Origin: an uncultured Chlamydiae bacterium
GTDB taxonomy: Bacteria; Chlamydiota; Chlamydiia; Chlamydiales; Parachlamydiaceae
Assembly: GCA_963830365.1 (NCBI GenBank)
Contig: CAWHMU010000042.1
Location: 111,250-175,249, forward strand
Direction of reading: 5' to 3'
DNA length: 64,000 nt
The position numbers were made by a program, and so were the translations under genes. Of this stretch, positions 1-10,037 are shown piece by piece. Under the pieces are notes generated by a model. The model searched no databases, was not told the origin of the DNA, and saw only the letters and a list, made by a program, of their open reading frames with translations. Position 1 is the stretch's first letter. Every line of letters starts with the position of its first letter.

Positions 1-42
1 ATTGAAAGACGTATTATGTTTTAGTATCCCAGCACTTGCCGC

Positions 43-74
43 GAATTGAAAGGGGCTAAAGCCCCTTTCAATTC
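43..74. terminator. Intrinsic terminator-like hairpin downstream of the minus-strand ORF 83..646
   Basis: GAATTGAAAGGGGCT-aa-AGCCCCTTTCAATTC, perfect 15-bp stem 9 bp from the stop codon. Confidence 0.7.
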
Positions 75-82
75 TTTGCTAG

Positions 83-646
83 CTAATTATGATCTTGTAG
101 ATTCCCATCCGTACCTGCCTGCGCGGCATTTGTGTTGTAAGCAGGTTGTGTAGCGGCTGCTGTCGGTGATGTTTTGTCCGCTTGTGTATCCAACAGATCA
201 AGCTCCTCGTTCTCTTCTAAAATGCTATCAGCGGCGGTGTTATGAAAAGCAACAGAGTCTGCGCTTGGGGTTTTATGCTTATGAAGAAGTGAAGGGAGTG
301 TCTTTTTTACATCCGCTGCAATCATGCAAAAGGATAGACCGCGTTTATGGGAGCGTGGTTTGGAAGTCGCAGTTTGATTGTCAGTCGCAGTAAGCTCTTC
401 GGTCACGGAAGAAGAAGACATGTTTAAATGGGAAAGAGTCCTTGTTTCCAGCGGCTTTTTCTGTTCCGCTTCCTGACGCCGCGGCACTTGCAAACCAATA
501 TTTCCGGCCAGATCCAAAAGTTCTGGAAAATTAGCTTCCCGTCTGAATTTCTTGTCATACTTTGCAGGGCTGCCTGGCTGCGGGCCGGCAGCGCTGGTAG
601 CCTTTAAATCGACTGGGGATGAAGGTCTATCAGTAACTGAGCTCAT
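83..646 (-). CDS. Hypothetical Ser/Thr/Ala-rich protein
   Basis: 187-aa ORF followed by a terminator hairpin; no recognisable motif. Confidence 0.6.
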   Translation of the reverse strand: MSSVTDRPSSPVDLKATSAAGPQPGSPAKYDKKFRREANFPELLDLAGNIGLQVPRRQEAEQKKPLETRTLSHLNMSSSSVTEELTATDNQTATSKPRSHKRGLSFCMIAADVKKTLPSLLHKHKTPSADSVAFHNTAADSILEENEELDLLDTQADKTSPTAAATQPAYNTNAAQAGTDGNLQDHN

Positions 647-1809
647 GTGATCACCAAATATGGGGGTTGGTTCCGACTAATTTCTGTCAGAAAAGGTGTT
701 TATTTCATTACTGGAGATTAGTAAATGATCAGGATGTGATATGCAAGTTTTTTCGACACATCTTTTATCGAAATACTATTGGCTCATCGCGCAAATGAGT
801 ACCTAGCCGAGGAGAACGAAGAAATGGGGCTAGTTTAACTAGTTGAAAAAGAGAAGCAGACAATTTATTAAATCCTTCGACAAAAAAGGAGATTTAATAT
901 GCCTGCTTCACTGCTTTACCATACCAATCAGATCGAAGATGTTCAAGTCCTGAATCGTGAATATCATGAAGACAAAATACTTTTCGAGGCGCTTCTTCAA
1001 CCCAAAAAAACACTTTGTCCTTGCTGTGGGAACAGTGAATCCATATCGAAGGGACTGAAGTTACGTAGGCTTCGCATGGCCCCTCTAGGGAACAAAATGG
1101 CTTTTCTCAACCTGCGGCTACATCGTCTTCAATGCGTCAATTGCCTACACGTTTGGTGGCCCCCGATTCCCTTTGTCAAGCCCAGAAAGCGTTATACCAC
1201 TTCCTTTGAGAAGTTTGTCATTAATCTTATGGGGTTTGCAACAATAGAACATGTGGCAAAATTCCTTGGGGTTTCTTGGAGTCTCGTGAAGGGTATACAT
1301 AAAGCATATCTTCAGAGGGAGTATAAGAGTTTCGATTTTACATCCCTTCGATACGTGGGCATCGATGAGTTTAGTATTCGAAAAGGGCATGAATACATGA
1401 CGATTTTCATCAACCTTGAGACAGGAGAAATCATTCACGCCGTAGAAGGTAAAAGCATGGGAAGCGTAATCCCATTCCTCTTAGAGTTGAAGGAAAAGGC
1501 TTTACAGCTCAAAGCGATGGCTATGGACATGAATGCAGCCTATGCATCAGCTGTACAAAATCATTTACCGGATGTTGACATAGTATTTGATCGATTTCAT
1601 GTCGTGGCATTATTGAATACGGCAATCGAGGAAATCCGGAGAGATCAGCAGGCAAAATGCAATGAAGTTGGCTTAAGAGTCATTAAAGGAATGAGATTTT
1701 TACTTTTAAGGAACTATGAAAAACTTGATTCTAAGAGAAAAAGTAGTTTGGAATGCCTTTTAGAAGTAAATCAACCGATAGCCTTGGCTCATGCAATGAA
1801 GGAGCAAAT

Positions 1810-3136
1810 GGCTCATCGCGCAAATGAGTACCTAGCCGAGGAGAACGAAGAAATGGGGCTAGTTTAACTAGTTGAAAAAGAGAAGCAGACAATTTATTAA
1901 ATCCTTCGACAAAAAAGGAGATTTAATATGCCTGCTTCACTGCTTTACCATACCAATCAGATCGAAGATGTTCAAGTCCTGAATCGTGAATATCATGAAG
2001 ACAAAATACTTTTCGAGGCGCTTCTTCAACCCAAAAAAACACTTTGTCCTTGCTGTGGGAACAGTGAATCCATATCGAAGGGACTGAAGTTACGTAGGCT
2101 TCGCATGGCCCCTCTAGGGAACAAAATGGCTTTTCTCAACCTGCGGCTACATCGTCTTCAATGCGTCAATTGCCTACACGTTTGGTGGCCCCCGATTCCC
2201 TTTGTCAAGCCCAGAAAGCGTTATACCACTTCCTTTGAGAAGTTTGTCATTAATCTTATGGGGTTTGCAACAATAGAACATGTGGCAAAATTCCTTGGGG
2301 TTTCTTGGAGTCTCGTGAAGGGTATACATAAAGCATATCTTCAGAGGGAGTATAAGAGTTTCGATTTTACATCCCTTCGATACGTGGGCATCGATGAGTT
2401 TAGTATTCGAAAAGGGCATGAATACATGACGATTTTCATCAACCTTGAGACAGGAGAAATCATTCACGCCGTAGAAGGTAAAAGCATGGGAAGCGTAATC
2501 CCATTCCTCTTAGAGTTGAAGGAAAAGGCTTTACAGCTCAAAGCGATGGCTATGGACATGAATGCAGCCTATGCATCAGCTGTACAAAATCATTTACCGG
2601 ATGTTGACATAGTATTTGATCGATTTCATGTCGTGGCATTATTGAATACGGCAATCGAGGAAATCCGGAGAGATCAGCAGGCAAAATGCAATGAAGTTGG
2701 CTTAAGAGTCATTAAAGGAATGAGATTTTTACTTTTAAGGAACTATGAAAAACTTGATTCTAAGAGAAAAAGTAGTTTGGAATGCCTTTTAGAAGTAAAT
2801 CAACCGATAGCCTTGGCTCATGCAATGAAGGAGCAAATTCGTCAATTTTGGTCTAAACAGACGGTGAAAGAGGGGGCTAGATTTCTTGCTTGGTGGATAA
2901 TGGATACTATGGAGTCAGGGATACATGAGCTGGAGAAGGCAGGAAAAACCCTGCTTAGGCATTGGCAAGGATTGGTAAACTATTTTAAACATCCCATCAC
3001 CAATGCAAAGACTGAGGGGATCAATAACAAGATTAAAACAATGAAGCGCCAAGCTTACGGATTTCGAGATATGGAGTATTTTAAATTACGTCTCTATAGT
3101 TTACACAAAGTTAGGTACTCATTTGCACGATGAGCC
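1810..3136 (+). mobile_element. ISL3-family IS (inner, intact, 1327 bp)
   Basis: Same IRs as the outer copy; 8-bp TSD GAGCAAAT at 1802-1809 and 3137-3144. Confidence 0.95.
1928..3133 (+). CDS. ISL3-family transposase
   Basis: CPCCG...CVNC zinc finger; GIDEF, AMDM, VFDRFHV and TNAKTEGINNKIKTMKRQAYGFRD motifs typical of ISL3. Confidence 0.95.
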   Translation: MPASLLYHTNQIEDVQVLNREYHEDKILFEALLQPKKTLCPCCGNSESISKGLKLRRLRMAPLGNKMAFLNLRLHRLQCVNCLHVWWPPIPFVKPRKRYTTSFEKFVINLMGFATIEHVAKFLGVSWSLVKGIHKAYLQREYKSFDFTSLRYVGIDEFSIRKGHEYMTIFINLETGEIIHAVEGKSMGSVIPFLLELKEKALQLKAMAMDMNAAYASAVQNHLPDVDIVFDRFHVVALLNTAIEEIRRDQQAKCNEVGLRVIKGMRFLLLRNYEKLDSKRKSSLECLLEVNQPIALAHAMKEQIRQFWSKQTVKEGARFLAWWIMDTMESGIHELEKAGKTLLRHWQGLVNYFKHPITNAKTEGINNKIKTMKRQAYGFRDMEYFKLRLYSLHKVRYSFAR

Positions 3137-3568
3137 GAGCAAATTCGTCAATTTTGGTCTAAACAGACGGTGAAAGAGGGGGCTAGATTTCTTGCTTGGT
3201 GGATAATGGATACTATGGAGTCAGGGATACATGAGCTGGAGAAGGCAGGAAAAACCCTGCTTAGGCATTGGCAAGGATTGGTAAACTATTTTAAACATCC
3301 CATCACCAATGCAAAGACTGAGGGGATCAATAACAAGATTAAAACAATGAAGCGCCAAGCTTACGGATTTCGAGATATGGAGTATTTTAAATTACGTCTC
3401 TATAGTTTACACAAAGTTAGGTACTCATTTGCACGATGAGCCATACTATTGGGCATGTTATTTAGGCGTTGTAATCGCGGGAATGCCATCATCTTTGCTG
3501 GAGTTTAGCACATATCCGGTTAAACATAAAGAATATGCGATAAGAATTAACAGACTAAAGACGATAGT

Positions 3569-3606
3569 GTTTGGTTTTTCTCACAATATGTGATATAAAT
3601 CTAACT
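3569..3606. promoter_or_regulatory. Possible operator pair for the XRE regulator
   Basis: Imperfect inverted pair GTTTGGTTTTTCTCAC / GTGATATAAATCTAAC just upstream of the HTH gene. Confidence 0.3.
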
Positions 3607-3631
3607 ATTGTAGGATGATTCTGGAGGAAGT

Positions 3632-3841
3632 ATGCATGAGGAACACTTCGAAACCCGGATTAAGGAGTTTCGGGCCAGGCATGGATGGACACAGGAAGAT
3701 CTGGCGCGTAAGGTGGGTGTGAGCAGGGAGACGATTATATATCTGGAAAAGGGGAAGTATAATCCTTCACTAAAATTGGCATATAACGTAGCTCAAGCCT
3801 TGGGCACCACGCTTGCAGAGCTTTTTATTTTTCATAAGTAA
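3632..3841 (+). CDS. XRE-family helix-turn-helix transcriptional regulator
   Basis: [50 protein letters not shown]. Confidence 0.93.
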   Translation: MHEEHFETRIKEFRARHGWTQEDLARKVGVSRETIIYLEKGKYNPSLKLAYNVAQALGTTLAELFIFHK

Positions 3842-3851
3842 GGGAGGCATT

Positions 3852-4286
3852 ATGTTTGGAAATCCAAAATGGTTTAAGCGCAGAAAATACTCAGGCTGGG
3901 GACTTACGCCTGCATCATGGCAAGGGTGGGTGTATACGCTTGGCATTGTTGGTCTTTTGATTTCGATGATGTTTATAGCGCAAAGGTTTGATTTATCTGC
4001 TGTAAACGTTTCGGTAATAGTTTTTATCGCCTTAGGCTTGTTATCGGCTGAGGTCATCCATATCGCCGCCGGCATGCCTAAGGATGAACGCGAAACCACC
4101 CACGAGGCACTGGCCGAACGCAACGCATTATGGGTGGTGATGCCGATAGTGGTCTTCGGCATCCTTTATCAAGCGATGACAAGTCAAAGCACTGGCACGT
4201 TGTCTGTCGATCCATTCCTGATTGCGGCTATGATTGGCGGGGTGGTGGCTAAAGCAATGACGAATCTGTATCTGCAAGACAAATAG
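3852..4286 (+). CDS. Small 4-TM membrane protein (DUF2178-like), likely co-transcribed with the XRE gene
   Basis: ATG at 3852 after GGGAGG; WF..KY.GWGLTP.SWQGW and DERE motifs; hydrophobic helices. Confidence 0.75.
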   Translation: MFGNPKWFKRRKYSGWGLTPASWQGWVYTLGIVGLLISMMFIAQRFDLSAVNVSVIVFIALGLLSAEVIHIAAGMPKDERETTHEALAERNALWVVMPIVVFGILYQAMTSQSTGTLSVDPFLIAAMIGGVVAKAMTNLYLQDK

Positions 4287-4370
4287 TTAGCATGAAAGGC
4301 GCACGGCGTCTTTCATTTGCAAAAAATCACAGCGCAATGTCATAAACATAATTTTGGGGTTTGAGGCATC

Positions 4371-4412
4371 AGGGACGAAGGGACCAAAAGGACCTAAGCG
4401 ATCTAAGGGACG
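4371..4412. repeat. Left arm of degenerate 9-mer tandem (GGGACCTAA-like)
   Basis: agggacgaa gggaccaaa aggacctaa gcgatctaa gggac. Confidence 0.7.
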
Positions 4413-4417
4413 TTTGA

Positions 4418-4755
4418 ATGCGAAAGAATTTTTTACCCACGCATGGCGGTGATGAGCAATTGTTCTCCTATCAGAAGGCGGAGATTGTCTATGATGCGAC
4501 GGTATATTTTACGAGCAGGTTTTATCGTAAAGGGGATCGTCAATTATCGCGATTTTCGCAGAGTGCGAGGGCTCATCGCTTGGACTAAAAATCACATTTA
4601 TGCCAAGCGTTTGCGCGATCTCAATCGGCAGCAAATCACCGCTTAGGCAACTTTTCAAAAGGGCAAGTGCGCAGGCTTGAGCAAGACTTCCTGAAAGAAG
4701 GGGGCTAAGAGAGCGTATGACCCGTGCCAGGTTAGAAGTTAGAAATAAATATTGA
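4418..4755 (+). pseudogene. Four-helix-bundle suffix domain protein (23S rRNA IVP-like family), internally deleted and frameshifted
   Basis: Manual translation across frames: MRKNFLPTHGGDEQLFSYQKAEIVYDATVYF... / NYRDFRRVRGLIAWTKNHIYAKRLRDLNRQ / QVRRLEQDFLKEGG / LRERMTRARLEVRNKY*; the central QMVQAARSGKQNIAEG helix is missing. Confidence 0.8.
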
Positions 4756-4777
4756 AAGATGAAAGGCACTTTCGTTT

Positions 4778-4840
4778 GTCCCTTAGGTCTCTTAGGTCCT
4801 TTAGGTCCCTTGTCCTTTGTCTTTGTCCCTTATGTCCTTT
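4778..4840. repeat. Right arm of degenerate 9-mer tandem, inverted relative to 4371..4412
   Basis: gtcccttag gtctcttag gtcctttag gtcccttg; reverse complement CTAAGGGAC matches the left arm. Confidence 0.75.
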
Positions 4841-4858
4841 GAACCCTAGGTATATAGC

Positions 4859-5896
4859 ATGCATATCGATAAGTCCGATTTATTGTTGGCGGCGGCCGAG
4901 GCGGGGATTTCCCAAAGGCAGGCTGACGAGCTTTGGACAGCCTTGGCGGCCAAAGCCAAGCCAGGCACCAAGTTTGACATTTCGCAGGTGCTGTATTATA
5001 TCGGCGCTATGATGGTGATGGTGGCGATGGGATGGTTTTTAGGGCTGGGTTGGGAGCATTTTGGCGACAAGGGGATTTTCGTCATCGCGTTGGCATATAT
5101 GGCCTTGTTTGTCGTGGCCGGCCATGCCTTATGGCGCAAAGATGATCTTAAAGTGCCTGGCGGCTTGTTTATTACGGTTGCGGTGGTTTTGATTCCATTG
5201 GCCATCTATGCTTTCCAGCGAATGACCGGCTGGTGGGTGTTTGACAATCCCGGTCAATACCACGATTACTACACATGGGTGAGGGGGGGCTGGTTTTTGA
5301 TGGAAGTGGGCACCTTGATAGGCGGGTGTGTGGCTGTGTCATTTTATCGCTTTCCATTTTTGACAGCGCCGCTCTTTTTCACGCTGTGGTTCATGTCGAT
5401 GGATATCACGCCGTTACTTTTCAAAGGTTCGGCTGATCTGTGGACGGACCGCTTATGGGTATCGATAGTCTTTGGTCTGGCCATGCTGGTGATGGCCTAT
5501 CTGATCGATCGCAAGACGCAGGCGGATTTTGCTTTTTGGGGGTATTTCTTTGGCACGCTGGCCTTTTGGTTTGGCATTTCCTTGTTCGAAACTAAGTCTG
5601 AGTTTTGGAATTTCCTCTATTGTCTTATCAATATCGTCTTAGTACTTATGTCGGTGTTTTTTGATAGGAAGGTGTTTTTGATTTTCGGTGCTTTTGGGAT
5701 TCTCACCTATATATCGTCGTTATTTTACCGCCATTTTGCCGATTCAGTGTTGTTCCCGTTTATCTTAAGCCTGATCGGCGTGGCGGTGGTGTTTGTGGGG
5801 GTGTGGTATCACAGGCATCATCAAAAGATTGAGCAAGCACTATTGGATTTAGTGCCCCAGGGGCTTAGGGAATGGCTGCCAAGGTCCAGGCACTGA
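4859..5896 (+). CDS. Multi-pass membrane protein (DUF2157-like)
   Basis: AAAEAGISQRQADELW N-terminus and about 10 hydrophobic segments. Confidence 0.75.
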   Translation: MHIDKSDLLLAAAEAGISQRQADELWTALAAKAKPGTKFDISQVLYYIGAMMVMVAMGWFLGLGWEHFGDKGIFVIALAYMALFVVAGHALWRKDDLKVPGGLFITVAVVLIPLAIYAFQRMTGWWVFDNPGQYHDYYTWVRGGWFLMEVGTLIGGCVAVSFYRFPFLTAPLFFTLWFMSMDITPLLFKGSADLWTDRLWVSIVFGLAMLVMAYLIDRKTQADFAFWGYFFGTLAFWFGISLFETKSEFWNFLYCLINIVLVLMSVFFDRKVFLIFGAFGILTYISSLFYRHFADSVLFPFILSLIGVAVVFVGVWYHRHHQKIEQALLDLVPQGLREWLPRSRH

Positions 5897-6055
5897 AAAT
5901 CTGAGAAGTGCAATTTTAGGGGTCTGCCGTAGAGTCACAGCCCCAATTGCAGATGAATGACGATATCTATTGCACAAAAATCACGCCCTATGTGATAATC
6001 CACACTTGTAATAAAATAAATCTGCCACACTTGATAAATCCGTAGAGGAGAACAA

Positions 6056-6673
6056 ATGGCTCGTTATACTGGCAATAAAAACCGCGTTGCACGTCGCTTT
6101 GGTACCAATATCTTCGGTCGCGCTCGCAATCCGCTGCTCCACAAACCAAATCCACCTGGTGTGCATGGGGCGCGTCGTCGCAAGAAATCAGACTACGGTC
6201 TGCAGCTTGAAGAAAAGCAGAAACTCAAAGCCATTTATGGCATGTTGAGTGAAAAGCAGTTGGTAAACTACTACAAAAAAGCGTTGTGCCGACCAGGTAT
6301 CACCGCTCAGCACTTTGCTGAAATGCTAGAATGCCGCCTCGATAATATTGTGTACCGCTTGAAGTTTGCGTCCACAATTTTCGGCGCGCACCAGCTCGTT
6401 TCACATGGACATATCCTTGTTAACGGAAAGAAAGTCGACCGCCGCTCATTCCAAGTTGAGCCAGGTATGGTTATTTCCATTAAAGAGAAATCCCGCGCTG
6501 TAAAAGCCATTGTCGAAGCTCTCAATGGCTCACGTTCCGTGCCCGAATATCTCTCGCATGATCCTGCGCATTTCTCAGGACAATTGCTGGCGATGCCGCT
6601 GACGGATCAGTTGCCATGGCCGATTGAAATCAATCTGCCTGAAATCTGCGACTTCCTGGCCCACACGACCTAA
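6056..6673 (+). CDS. rpsD: 30S ribosomal protein S4
   Basis: MARYTG..., [47 protein letters not shown]. Confidence 0.98.
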   Translation: MARYTGNKNRVARRFGTNIFGRARNPLLHKPNPPGVHGARRRKKSDYGLQLEEKQKLKAIYGMLSEKQLVNYYKKALCRPGITAQHFAEMLECRLDNIVYRLKFASTIFGAHQLVSHGHILVNGKKVDRRSFQVEPGMVISIKEKSRAVKAIVEALNGSRSVPEYLSHDPAHFSGQLLAMPLTDQLPWPIEINLPEICDFLAHTT

Positions 6674-6693
6674 TCGTTGCTGTCAATTTTTCT

Positions 6694-6722
6694 GGCAAGG
6701 GGCCTCGCCCCTTGCCTATTTT
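6694..6722 (+). terminator. rpsD intrinsic terminator
   Basis: GGCAAGGGGC-ctc-GCCCCTTGCC followed by TATTTT. Confidence 0.8.
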
Positions 6723-6858
6723 CCAACAAATTCATTTCTTCAAATCAAGTTCCGGGACTAACGTCCGTTTTCTCCACTGTTTTCCAATTTTAAAGCTAAA
6801 AAGTGCATCCACCGATGGCAAGGGCTGACACTGTTTTTGTAAGCGTTGAGTATTTACG

Positions 6859-7168
6859 GTTCATCCTACAAATGGTATCTGTTCACGGGAGCAAACCATA
6901 CATCAGGCCTTCAGCCTGAGATATTTGGGTGTTTTACCTAGGGCGTTGCCCTAGGCTATTATATGTCAGGGCGTTGCCCTAGGCTATTATATGTCAGGGC
7001 GTTGCCCTGAGAACAATGTTCAGGCTGAAAGCTTGATTTATAAAAGCCTAGGGCTTCGCCCTAGGTGAAATATATAAACCACTCAGGTTGATAGCCTGAT
7101 ATATGGTTTATGATCCCATGAACATGTACTACAAAATGGGTGTCAACCGCTCATTTGTGGGATGAACT
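6859..7168. repeat. Nested palindromic REP-like composite element
   Basis: Core hairpins CCTAGGGCGTTGCCCTAGG and CCTAGGGCTTCGCCCTAGG, an internal 28-bp tandem duplication, and nested inverted flanks. Confidence 0.75.
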
Positions 7169-7263
7169 GTATTTATCAGGTCGTCTTTATAAAATCTTTA
7201 TAATCATAGTTTATAATCGTTATGGATTGAATTATTAATAATGATAAACTAAAGGATTTTCCA

Positions 7264-8274
7264 ATGAATGGATTACCATGTACCTCTTTAAGTCCGGTGG
7301 ACTATAATGCCGGCTGGCTGGATATGGCTGCGGCTGTCACCCCCCATGTGGTAGCCGTTTTGCCGGCGCTAATTTCTGATGTGATGCGTGTTAGCGCACT
7401 CGGACTGTGTTTGCGGAATATTTTCTCACCATCAAGCTGCTTAAAAGCAGTAGCCCTCTCAGAAATTGGGGCTAGTCTGCAGAACTTTGTATGGTCGCTG
7501 ATAAGTCCTCCGCCTTGTCCCAATAAATCCTTAATCCCTGTGGAAGAAATGGTTGAAAAACGCCTGGAGAAGGTATGGGACAAGGTTTATTTAAAGTCGA
7601 GCCTGGCTCAACAGCCACAGGCGATATATAGCAGCAATTCATTTGGTCAAATGACCACTTCAGAGAAGCCAATAACAGAACATGAGTCAATGTTCGAATT
7701 GGATAAAACAATGCTCACAAAGCAATATCACCAGCTGCAAAACGAGTACAACAAGCTTTTTAGCGAGCTGAATGCTGAACAGCAAGAATTTGTTCAAAGT
7801 GCTATAGCGGGATCCGAAAATTTGGAGTGCTATAACAGCAGGGCATGTCAGCTTTCTGAAAAGCTGTCTAGCATTGCCAATCTGCCTTCAGAGATAGCTA
7901 CCAAGCTCACAAAGTTGTCGATATTCACTTCTGTATCACGTCGTTCAAGCACAGTTGTCATGGCCGCCATGGCAGCGATAGCTGGACTTTTTGCCGCGGG
8001 ACAAAATGCAGCTGATGCAGGTGATGTATCCCCACTTAGATTGGCCTTGGGCATTACCGGCGAGCTTTCCCTGGCTATAGTAAATAAGGGCGCAGAAGCC
8101 TTGGCTGAGCACTCAGTGAAGGGATTAGCGCTTTTCTCTGCGGTGGATGGCTTTGCCAAAATAAAGGCCTCGATTGAATCGACACAAGAGCAAGAGTTAG
8201 AAGCTAATATTGTAGATGCTATTGTGCTAGGTAAGGTTAGTAACAAGTTTGCTATGATCCGAGCAATGTTATAA
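7264..8274 (+). CDS. Hypothetical protein with hydrophobic segments
   Basis: 336-aa ORF after an AAGGA RBS; no recognised motif. Confidence 0.65.
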   Translation: MNGLPCTSLSPVDYNAGWLDMAAAVTPHVVAVLPALISDVMRVSALGLCLRNIFSPSSCLKAVALSEIGASLQNFVWSLISPPPCPNKSLIPVEEMVEKRLEKVWDKVYLKSSLAQQPQAIYSSNSFGQMTTSEKPITEHESMFELDKTMLTKQYHQLQNEYNKLFSELNAEQQEFVQSAIAGSENLECYNSRACQLSEKLSSIANLPSEIATKLTKLSIFTSVSRRSSTVVMAAMAAIAGLFAAGQNAADAGDVSPLRLALGITGELSLAIVNKGAEALAEHSVKGLALFSAVDGFAKIKASIESTQEQELEANIVDAIVLGKVSNKFAMIRAML

Positions 8275-8333
8275 GCTGAAATTCATGCTGGGTCATCGAC
8301 GAATATGGAAACAGCAGACGTAACATTTGCTGG

Positions 8334-10001
8334 TTAAAGTCCGCTGCGTCCATATTCGTCCACTCTGTCCGCCCTGTCCGCTTGATCCATGCTAGTCCTT
8401 GACCGTCCCTGATCATTCATTTTCGAGAATAAAAAGTGCCAGCCGCCGGCGGCGGCGAAGATGGCGATGAAGAGCGTGCCGCTTGCGGCCAGATGCAGGA
8501 TTTGGCTTAAGAAGGGGATTTCGTAGCGCGGGATTTGGCCCTGCAAGACTTTCACCGCTTTGCACTCTCCCCAAACAAGGTAGTCGGCGGCGATGACGCC
8601 ACAGGCGGCCAGGAGTGTAGCCATAAGGATTTTGCGGCAGCTAGGCAGCCATTTGGCTGTCAGTGTTTTGCCGGCAAAAGGGGCTGTTTTGGTGAGGGCG
8701 ATCGCTAGCCAGGTATAATTGAACCAGGCGCTGACACTGGTGGCGACAGCTACGCTGGCAGATCCCAGTCCTAAGGCTGCGATCATCAGCGTGTTTAAGG
8801 CCACGTTCATCAGCATGGAGGCAGCAGCGGCCGTCGATGGCGTGCGGTAGTCGCCTCTTGCATAAAACGCCGGTGCCAAGATCAGCACAAGCGCCATGGG
8901 GATGAGACCGACGGTGTATCCCCATAGGCATTGGGTGGTGCCCACCACGGAGGTGTTGGGAAAATGTCCGTGTCCATAAATCAGCGCGATGCAGCCGTCA
9001 CCCATGATGAATAACAGCATAGTCACAGGGATCATGAAAGCCAGCGTGCGCATGATGGCGAAATCCAGGAATTGACCGAATTGGGAGAGGTTGTTGCTCT
9101 TGATGGCGCGCGAAAGAGGGGGCAGCAGGGCGCCGGCGATGGCTACGCCGAAAAGGGCTAGCGGCAGCTGCTGCAGGCGGATGGCATACCACAACAGGGC
9201 AGGGCCCTCGGCATCGGCCCAGCGCGCAAAGACGGCATCGAGGGCGTTGTTGATCTGGGAGGCGGCGATGCCAAGGATGCCGAGCGACAGGGGTTTAGCC
9301 AGGCGCAGGACGTCTGCCGAAAACCATTTCGTGCCATTCCATAGATGTGTGAGACCATAACCTTTCAATAGGGTATAGCTTTTTGGAAGCGTGATGGCCC
9401 ATTGGGCAAAGCAGGCGGCGATGATAAAAAGTGCCAATGTCGTCATGGCGCTTTCCGCCGGCAGAAAATAGGTGCAGGCCACGCCTGCGATCCAGCAGAG
9501 GTTGAAGACCACTGGAGCTGCGCTTGGCACAAAATAGCTTTTTTCGCACTGCAAGAGCGAGGCGTTGATGCCGAAGAGGCAGATGAAGAGCAAGCTCGGC
9601 ATCATCAGCAAGGTGAGCCAGGCGATATCGGCATTGCCGGCATTAAGGACGTCGAAGGCCAGCAGGCCGCCGATGGCACCCATGATAGCCAGGATGAGCA
9701 GGAAGAGCAGGCCAGTCAGGCTGAAGGCTAAGTCGCAGAAGAATCTGCCGGCGCGCTTTGGATCCTGCGCGCGCAGCTCTTCAAAATGGGGGATTAAGGC
9801 CGTCTGCATGGCGCCTTCGCCCAAGAGGCGGCGCAGCAGATGGGCAAAGCGGAAGGCTACCAGCAGGGCGGCGACAGCGCTTTGCGTGCCGAAGGCATAC
9901 GCCATAGCCATATCGCGCGCAAGGCCGCTGATACGGCTGAGCATGGTGCCGGAGAAAAATCGCGCCGCCGAGCGCCAGATGGTATGGGTGGTGTCGGACA
10001 T
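8334..10001 (-). CDS. murJ: Lipid II flippase MurJ (MviN)
   Basis: GTMLSRISGLARD, AFRFAHLLRRLLGEGAM, RLQQLPLALFG motifs. Confidence 0.95.
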   Translation of the reverse strand: MSDTTHTIWRSAARFFSGTMLSRISGLARDMAMAYAFGTQSAVAALLVAFRFAHLLRRLLGEGAMQTALIPHFEELRAQDPKRAGRFFCDLAFSLTGLLFLLILAIMGAIGGLLAFDVLNAGNADIAWLTLLMMPSLLFICLFGINASLLQCEKSYFVPSAAPVVFNLCWIAGVACTYFLPAESAMTTLALFIIAACFAQWAITLPKSYTLLKGYGLTHLWNGTKWFSADVLRLAKPLSLGILGIAASQINNALDAVFARWADAEGPALLWYAIRLQQLPLALFGVAIAGALLPPLSRAIKSNNLSQFGQFLDFAIMRTLAFMIPVTMLLFIMGDGCIALIYGHGHFPNTSVVGTTQCLWGYTVGLIPMALVLILAPAFYARGDYRTPSTAAAASMLMNVALNTLMIAALGLGSASVAVATSVSAWFNYTWLAIALTKTAPFAGKTLTAKWLPSCRKILMATLLAACGVIAADYLVWGECKAVKVLQGQIPRYEIPFLSQILHLAASGTLFIAIFAAAGGWHFLFSKMNDQGRSRTSMDQADRADRVDEYGRSGL

Positions 10002-10037
10002 GGAAAGCTTGCTATTAAAGGTTTATTGTAAGTGCCT

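Larger units (their letters stand above)
899..3439 (+). pseudogene. ISL3 transposase of the outer copy, split into 899..1809 and 3137..3439
   Basis: Both pieces match the corresponding parts of the intact transposase at 1928..3133. Confidence 0.93.
781..3442 (+). mobile_element. ISL3-family IS (outer copy), interrupted by an identical inner copy
   Basis: Terminal IRs GGCTCATCG(C/T)GCAAATGAGTACCTA at 781 and ending at 3442; 8-bp TSD ATACTATT at 773-780 and 3443-3450; length 2662 = 2x1327+8. Confidence 0.95.

Noticed and set aside
899..1867. Independent full transposase or simple tandem IS duplication
   Set aside because: Its last ~19 aa come from the inner IS end, and the two TSDs show nesting.
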